This document shows positions 15,582-20,000 of a stretch of 20,000 bases of DNA, piece after piece; positions within the stretch are counted from its first letter, which is position 1; each line of letters opens with the position of its first letter. The DNA comes from an uncultured virus (IMG/VR IMGVR_UViG_3300023110_000008) (Duplodnaviria > Heunggongvirae > Uroviricota > Caudoviricetes). The translations under genes and the position numbers were made by a program. The stretch is taken from the IMG/VR virus record IMGVR_UViG_3300023110_000008; one strand, given 5' to 3'. The notes beneath the pieces were generated by a model. The model was given only the letters and a program-made list of their open reading frames with translations, had not been told where the DNA came from and did not search any database.

Positions 15582-15633
15582 GCGTTCCTTCGTCTTATGA
15601 CTACTTCCGACCCTAGAAAAAGGGTTGAACGAT
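15582..15633 (-). ncRNA. Glutamine riboswitch aptamer (glnA motif), copy 1
   Basis: AUCGUUCA-ACCCU(UUUUCU)AGGGU-CGGAAGUA-GUC(AUAA)GAC-GAAG-GAACGC; junctions identical to copy 2, stems differ but still pair. Confidence 0.88.
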
Positions 15634-15637
15634 ACCT

Positions 15638-15653
15638 TTATTTATATAAATAA
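15638..15653. promoter_or_regulatory. Overlapping divergent T4 late promoters (TATAAATA on + 15645-15652 and on - 15646-15639)
   Basis: Perfect palindrome TTATTTATATAAATAA containing the gp55 consensus on both strands. Confidence 0.75.
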
Positions 15654-15660
15654 GAGTATA

Positions 15661-15954
15661 ATGGATGTATTCGAAATGATAACTGAGTTGGGCTTCCCTG
15701 TAGCTATCGCCTTAGTTATGGGAAGTTTTATATTCATTATCATTAAACAAATACTTCAAGGTATAGTTGATGACATTCAGACGCTTACTATGTTCTGTAA
15801 GTCACTAGAGAATCGTGCAAGAACCATGTCTAATGAAATGATTAAGATAGACATGTTAGTATCGTCAGCATTGGAACTTCGACCTGATATTGAGAGAGTT
15901 GCTCGTGCAGAGAACTTTATCGAAGACGGTAAATTGGATGTGAGAAGAGATTAA
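15661..15954 (+). CDS. Small membrane protein (TM plus coiled coil, YvrJ-like GFP motif), paralog 1
   Basis: ITELGFPVAIALVMGSFIFIII then heptad-like region; ATG 15661 preferred because TTG 15625 overlaps riboswitch/promoter. Confidence 0.75.
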   Translation: MDVFEMITELGFPVAIALVMGSFIFIIIKQILQGIVDDIQTLTMFCKSLENRARTMSNEMIKIDMLVSSALELRPDIERVARAENFIEDGKLDVRRD

Positions 15955-16244
15955 TGGAAGAATTTGACATTATCTCAAAAGTCCAAGAGTACGGATTTCC
16001 TATTATACTAGCAATTGGTCTAGGTTACTTTATTTACTATGTGTGGTGGTTCATTGGTGAACACATAGAGCCCGAAATTGAAAAGATGCATTTTGCATTG
16101 ATAAGAGTAATAGACCAAACTAGAATGTTAGACCAAGACCTTATACGACTACAACAAAAGGTTGATGTAGTTTTAGAGTATAGAGAAAACGAGAAGAAAA
16201 AGGGCAAGGTAAAAACCAATGATAAAAAGAGTTCTAGTTCTTAG
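15954..16244 (+). CDS. Small membrane protein (TM plus coiled coil, YvrJ-like GFP motif), paralog 2
   Basis: VQEYGFPIILAIGLGYFIYYVWWFI; RMLDQDLIRL aligns with RTMSNEMIKI of paralog 1. Confidence 0.75.
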   Translation: MEEFDIISKVQEYGFPIILAIGLGYFIYYVWWFIGEHIEPEIEKMHFALIRVIDQTRMLDQDLIRLQQKVDVVLEYRENEKKKGKVKTNDKKSSSS

Positions 16245-16704
16245 TCTACTATCACTACCAGTTTTAGCAGACGAGATTAAATTTGGATTTAAAAATCCAT
16301 CCTTTAGTGGTGTCGGCACAGGCGCACACTATCTGACCATTGAAAACCAAGAGTTCTCAAGAAAAAAGGCAATTGAAGATGCACTTGAATCGGCCAGAAA
16401 GGCAGCTGAAAGAGAGGCAGAAAATTCAACCCTAGCAAAATTTATACGTAACTTAGAAAGTAGAATCTACGCTCAATTTGCTAAGCAATTAGTAGAGTCT
16501 ATGTTCGCAAATGATAACCCAGCAGGTTTCGGTTCATTTGTATTAGAAGGTAACACCATTACATGGGAAGTTATCACAGATGAAACAGGTGCTGAGTTTA
16601 TCAGACTGATTGTTGTAGCAGAAGATGGTACAACCACAGAGATCACCATACCAGTAGGAACAGGAAACTTCGCACAAGATCCTGATGGTGGAAATGGTGG
16701 TTAG
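16219..16704 (+). CDS. csgF: Curli assembly protein CsgF-like
   Basis: Signal peptide ending VLA; mature N-terminus DEIKFGFKNPSFSG matches CsgF F-x-NP-x-F-x-G; LESRIYAQFAKQL; directly upstream of csgG. Confidence 0.88.
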   Translation: MIKRVLVLSLLSLPVLADEIKFGFKNPSFSGVGTGAHYLTIENQEFSRKKAIEDALESARKAAEREAENSTLAKFIRNLESRIYAQFAKQLVESMFANDNPAGFGSFVLEGNTITWEVITDETGAEFIRLIVVAEDGTTTEITIPVGTGNFAQDPDGGNGG

Positions 16705-17623
16705 ATATCTACTAGCACTTACACTTCTAATAAGTGGATGTGCATCTGTACCAAGATGGTCTGATAATCCTCAAGACTGTAACCCAGCAACATGGGAAGA
16801 AGGCGTAGATTATCCAAACGATGTATGGAATCTGGCAAAGGCAGCTGGCAGAACGTTTGAACGGGCAATGCCTTACATTTGTGTTGAAGAACCAGAAGTT
16901 GTTAAATTACCTTCTTATATCGAGTTGCTACAATTACCACCAGCAAAAGAAAGACCAATTGTCACTGTCTATAATTTCTTAGATAAAACAGGACAAAGAA
17001 AAAGTGTAGACAACATTGCATCATTTAGTACAGCAGTAACTCAAGGCGGACCAGAGTTAGTTATTGATGCTCTTAAAACTGCTGGTAACGGAACATGGTT
17101 CAGAGTCGTAGAGAGAAATGGTTTAGATCATCTTGTAAGAGAAAGACAAATCATTAGAACTGCAAGACAAGAATACGCAGACTCTACAGGCGAAGAACTA
17201 CAAGGAGTACAACCACTTCTATTTGCAGGAATGATAATAGAAGGTGGTGTAATTGGTTATGATACCAATATTTTAACTGGAGGCCGAGGCGCAAGGTATC
17301 TAGGAATTGGTAGTGCGAGACAATATCGACAAGATGTTGTCACAGTTTCCATGAGAGCTGTTTCAGTTCTTACTGGAGAAGTTTTACTTAATGTACAAAC
17401 TCGGAAAACTATACTGAGTTATGGTGCTACAGGCGATGTGTTTAGATTCATCGAACAAGGCACTAGACTAGTGGAGTATGAAGACGGAGTTGGTAATAAT
17501 GAATCGGTGACTTACGCAACACGAACAGCTATTGAAGCTGCAGTGTTGGAATTAATCTACCAAGGACACAGAAGAGGTTTTTGGGAAATAGAGGGGTATA
17601 ACGAAAATGAAAAAACTAATTAG
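16694..17623 (+). CDS. csgG: Curli secretion channel lipoprotein CsgG-like
   Basis: Lipobox ISGC; VYNFLDKTGQRK, FSTAVTQG, WFRVVERNGLDHLVRERQIIR, IIEGGVIGYDTN, GGRGARYLGIG. Confidence 0.93.
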   Translation: MVVRYLLALTLLISGCASVPRWSDNPQDCNPATWEEGVDYPNDVWNLAKAAGRTFERAMPYICVEEPEVVKLPSYIELLQLPPAKERPIVTVYNFLDKTGQRKSVDNIASFSTAVTQGGPELVIDALKTAGNGTWFRVVERNGLDHLVRERQIIRTARQEYADSTGEELQGVQPLLFAGMIIEGGVIGYDTNILTGGRGARYLGIGSARQYRQDVVTVSMRAVSVLTGEVLLNVQTRKTILSYGATGDVFRFIEQGTRLVEYEDGVGNNESVTYATRTAIEAAVLELIYQGHRRGFWEIEGYNENEKTN

Positions 17624-18341
17624 TTTATTTTTACTTATGTCGACATCATTCGTTTTCGCACAAGCCACTGATGATAACGAAATTAAGATCACTCAAACTG
17701 GTGATACTTTGAAACTTTATATCGACCAAATCGGTTTTGGAAACAAAATTGGTGGAGACGATGCAAGTTCAGGAAGTTTATCTTCTATGAGTATAACTGG
17801 TACTACACTTGAGTTCGATTTAGATTTTACTGGTAATTCAAACATTTTATTTGGTCCTGTAGTTGCAGATAGTTCTTACTATACGCTAAACTTTACAGGT
17901 GATTCAAACGAGATCGACTGGAATATCGGATACATCGGTAGTGCTGACAGTTCAGATATTAATTTTGATGTAACAGGAAGTAGCAATACTTTTGACTTAG
18001 ATCAAGGTTATGTTTACAGTGCTGAAAGACTTGATGCCGATCTCATAATTATTGGTAGTTCAAATGTTTTTGACATTGATTGGGAAGCAGATGACCTAGT
18101 TTGGAATTTTGACATTACAGGCGGTTCTAGTAATATCAATACACTACAGAATGACGGTGCAGGTAGTATAGATTTTGTTTTAGACGGAGACAGTGCTGAT
18201 GTAGATATCACTCAGATATCTGGTACTTGTTCACCATCTAATGCATCTTGTTCAACACCTAATGGTGTCATTGTTTTAGATGTAACTAGTGATAATGCAA
18301 TCATTCAACTTACACAAAAAGATTCGAACTCCGATTCTTAA
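17607..18341 (+). CDS. Curlin-like secreted beta-solenoid protein (CsgA/CsgB-like)
   Basis: Signal peptide ending VFA; repeats x-F/I-x-G-x-S-N (FTGNSN, FTGDSN, VTGSSN, IIGSSN) and ITQTG/IDQIGFGN; directly after csgG. Confidence 0.75.
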   Translation: MKKLISLFLLMSTSFVFAQATDDNEIKITQTGDTLKLYIDQIGFGNKIGGDDASSGSLSSMSITGTTLEFDLDFTGNSNILFGPVVADSSYYTLNFTGDSNEIDWNIGYIGSADSSDINFDVTGSSNTFDLDQGYVYSAERLDADLIIIGSSNVFDIDWEADDLVWNFDITGGSSNINTLQNDGAGSIDFVLDGDSADVDITQISGTCSPSNASCSTPNGVIVLDVTSDNAIIQLTQKDSNSDS

Positions 18342-19440
18342 TTTTTTATTACTCAGTGGGGTTGCTTTTGGCAATCCCATTGGTGATATCCGTGAATCCA
18401 CAGGCATTGGTAATATCACTCGTAATACAGAGAGTATTGGCAATGATGTAGGTTTAGACATACTACTCAAAGACGAAGCAAAGACTGGTAACGGTCGAAT
18501 GAAGATCGTCTTCTTAGATGATGAAGTTCTGGATATGACAGAACACACCTATGCTTATATCGATAAAGCATATTATGATCCTGACCCAAACAAATCTGAA
18601 ATGGCAATTCGCATGGTCAGAGGCACAGCAAGATTCACCTCAGGCGCAGGAAAGAAAATTAAAAAAGCAAACGTAGACGTATCAACACCTGCTGCTCAAA
18701 TATCAATTAAAGGTACAGATTTTACCACAACCATAGATGAGATCGGAAGAACATTAGTAATTTTGCTTCCTGATCAGGATGGAAATCCATCTGGAATTAT
18801 AGAAGTTTTTAATGACGGCGGTAGCGTCACGCTGGACCAGGCATATCAGGCAACTATGGTCGTATCATTTGATCAAACACCAGCGACACCACTAACTTTA
18901 GCAAACATAACACCAAACATGATTGACAATATGTTCATTGTTAATCCACCTACAGAAATCAGACAACAAATAGAAGAAGGCGCTAGAGACGATCAGAACC
19001 AAGATCAAGGAATATTAGACGTTGACTTCTTAGAATTTAACGAATTAGAACAAGATGCATTAGAGGATACTAAGGGCGATTTAGAGTTTTCAGAATTAGA
19101 CATAGACTTATTAGACGTAGATTTTCTTACCGATCTCTTAGATGTTATTGATGATCTAACAAAGACTACAGTATCATTGAGTGATGTACAAAAAGGCGCT
19201 GGGTCAAGTACAGTAACACTTAAGGGTGCTCAATTAGGTTTCAACAAAGATTCACAATACAATATCTTTATACAAGACGGTGATCTATATCTATACAGAA
19301 ATGTAAACGGAGTTATTGAAATCATAATTGCTGGAGACAACTCTGGATTTATTGATACAAATGTTGAAGGTTATCAAGGAGTCATAGAATTTGGTAATGG
19401 TGACCCAACCATTGAGATTTACATTAATCAATCTAACTAA
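18289..19440 (+). CDS. FecR-domain exported protein with acidic C-terminal region (exact start uncertain)
   Basis: Signal-like LNFLLLSGVAFG; KTGNGRMKIVFLDD, MVRGTARF, VSTPAAQISIKGTDF FecR pattern. Confidence 0.8.
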   Translation: MIMQSFNLHKKIRTPILNFLLLSGVAFGNPIGDIRESTGIGNITRNTESIGNDVGLDILLKDEAKTGNGRMKIVFLDDEVLDMTEHTYAYIDKAYYDPDPNKSEMAIRMVRGTARFTSGAGKKIKKANVDVSTPAAQISIKGTDFTTTIDEIGRTLVILLPDQDGNPSGIIEVFNDGGSVTLDQAYQATMVVSFDQTPATPLTLANITPNMIDNMFIVNPPTEIRQQIEEGARDDQNQDQGILDVDFLEFNELEQDALEDTKGDLEFSELDIDLLDVDFLTDLLDVIDDLTKTTVSLSDVQKGAGSSTVTLKGAQLGFNKDSQYNIFIQDGDLYLYRNVNGVIEIIIAGDNSGFIDTNVEGYQGVIEFGNGDPTIEIYINQSN

Positions 19441-19460
19441 ATATAAGCAGGAGGCAACTT

Positions 19461-19607
19461 ATGGATATACTTAAAAAATTCTTTAAGTGGCATGAAAAAA
19501 ATGTTGAATGGTGGATGAACCAATTCGACATGAGTCACTACGGAGTAATGTGGTTTGCATTCTTCGAAGGACTGGTTATAGGATTATTATTAATGTGGAT
19601 AATTTAG
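19461..19607 (+). CDS. Small Trp-rich membrane protein, 48 aa (MDILKKFFKWHEKNVEWWMNQFDMSHYGVMWFAFFEGLVIGLLLMWII)
   Basis: SD AGGAGG, ACTAAATA late-like motif upstream, C-terminal TM. Confidence 0.7.
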   Translation: MDILKKFFKWHEKNVEWWMNQFDMSHYGVMWFAFFEGLVIGLLLMWII

Positions 19608-20000
19608 ATAATAAAGAAACAAAAGATACACCACTCTTATGGATAGGGTGGTGTATTTTATTAGTTTGGGGATCTCTTGCTTTTGCAGACGACAATGTAA
19701 TCAACATTCAAACACCAACTGCATCTGATAATCTAGACCTTACAATTGAACAGAGAGGTTTTGACCAAGAGGTTTACTTTTCAATCGGTGGTGCAGACAA
19801 CACCATAGACATACTTCAAACAGGTGCAAACAATACAGTCAAGTGGACTGATACATGGGGTTCAGGTTATAGTTGGGGTGGTGATTTAGATGGAACTGAT
19901 AATGCTATTACCATCAAACAAAATACTTCAACAGGAAATAGTCCAAACAATAACTATTTTGGATTTCATATACAAGGTAATAACAATACAGTAAAATTTG
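19595..20000 (+). CDS. Second curlin-like secreted protein (3'-truncated; absent from ORF track)
   Basis: GTG 19595 frame open to the window end; signal LLWIGWCILLVWGSLAFA then DDNVINIQ, LTIEQRG, NTIDILQTGANNTV, NAITIKQ, IQGNNNTV repeats. Confidence 0.75.
   Translation, partial: MDNLDNKETKDTPLLWIGWCILLVWGSLAFADDNVINIQTPTASDNLDLTIEQRGFDQEVYFSIGGADNTIDILQTGANNTVKWTDTWGSGYSWGGDLDGTDNAITIKQNTSTGNSPNNNYFGFHIQGNNNTVKF

Noticed and set aside
15526..15631. Two similar ~50-nt units as a CRISPR array or simple tandem repeat
   Set aside because: Only two units, conserved blocks interleaved with self-complementary variable stems, no cas genes; fits tandem glnA aptamers
15625..15660. TTG-initiated N-terminal extension of the 109-aa ORF
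   Set aside because: Overlaps aptamer 1 and the late promoter; paralog alignment supports ATG 15661
244..18548. Minus-strand and nested ORFs in the track (e.g. 244-426, 831-1037, 4149-4472, 8132-8356, 12855-13133, 18014-18211, 4964-5146, 8077-8280)
   Set aside because: They lie within well-supported + strand genes, with no motifs; shadow ORFs
1..20000. tRNA, rRNA, introns/inteins, homing endonucleases or stop-codon recoding
   Set aside because: No cloverleaf or T-loop motifs seen in spacers; core genes are of normal length and end at TAA, TAG and TGA under the standard code

Overview
AT-rich segment of a T4-like (myovirus) phage genome, probably from an aquatic host (inferred). Nearly all genes are on the + strand. 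The core replication/recombination block is uvsW (5'-truncated), gp55 late sigma factor, gp47/gp46, gp45, gp44, gp62 and regA. It is interleaved with a peptide deformylase, a 2OG-Fe(II) oxygenase, a CobT-like VWA/CobS-like AAA+ pair and many small ORFs. The most notable region is 15.3-20 kb. A palindromic, back-to-back late promoter (TATAAATA on both strands) points leftwards into a tandem glutamine (glnA-type) riboswitch, followed by an SD-sequestering hairpin and an unannotated basic 50-aa ORF. It points rightwards into a curli-like secretion module: two paralogous membrane proteins, CsgF, CsgG, a curlin-like subunit, a FecR-domain protein, a small membrane protein and a second curlin-like subunit. 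Also seen are a three-hairpin RNA-like element upstream of the clamp loader gene and a family of 18-bp-spacer sigma70-type promoters that appear to give leaderless mRNAs. All calls are by-eye motif recognition; no searches were run.
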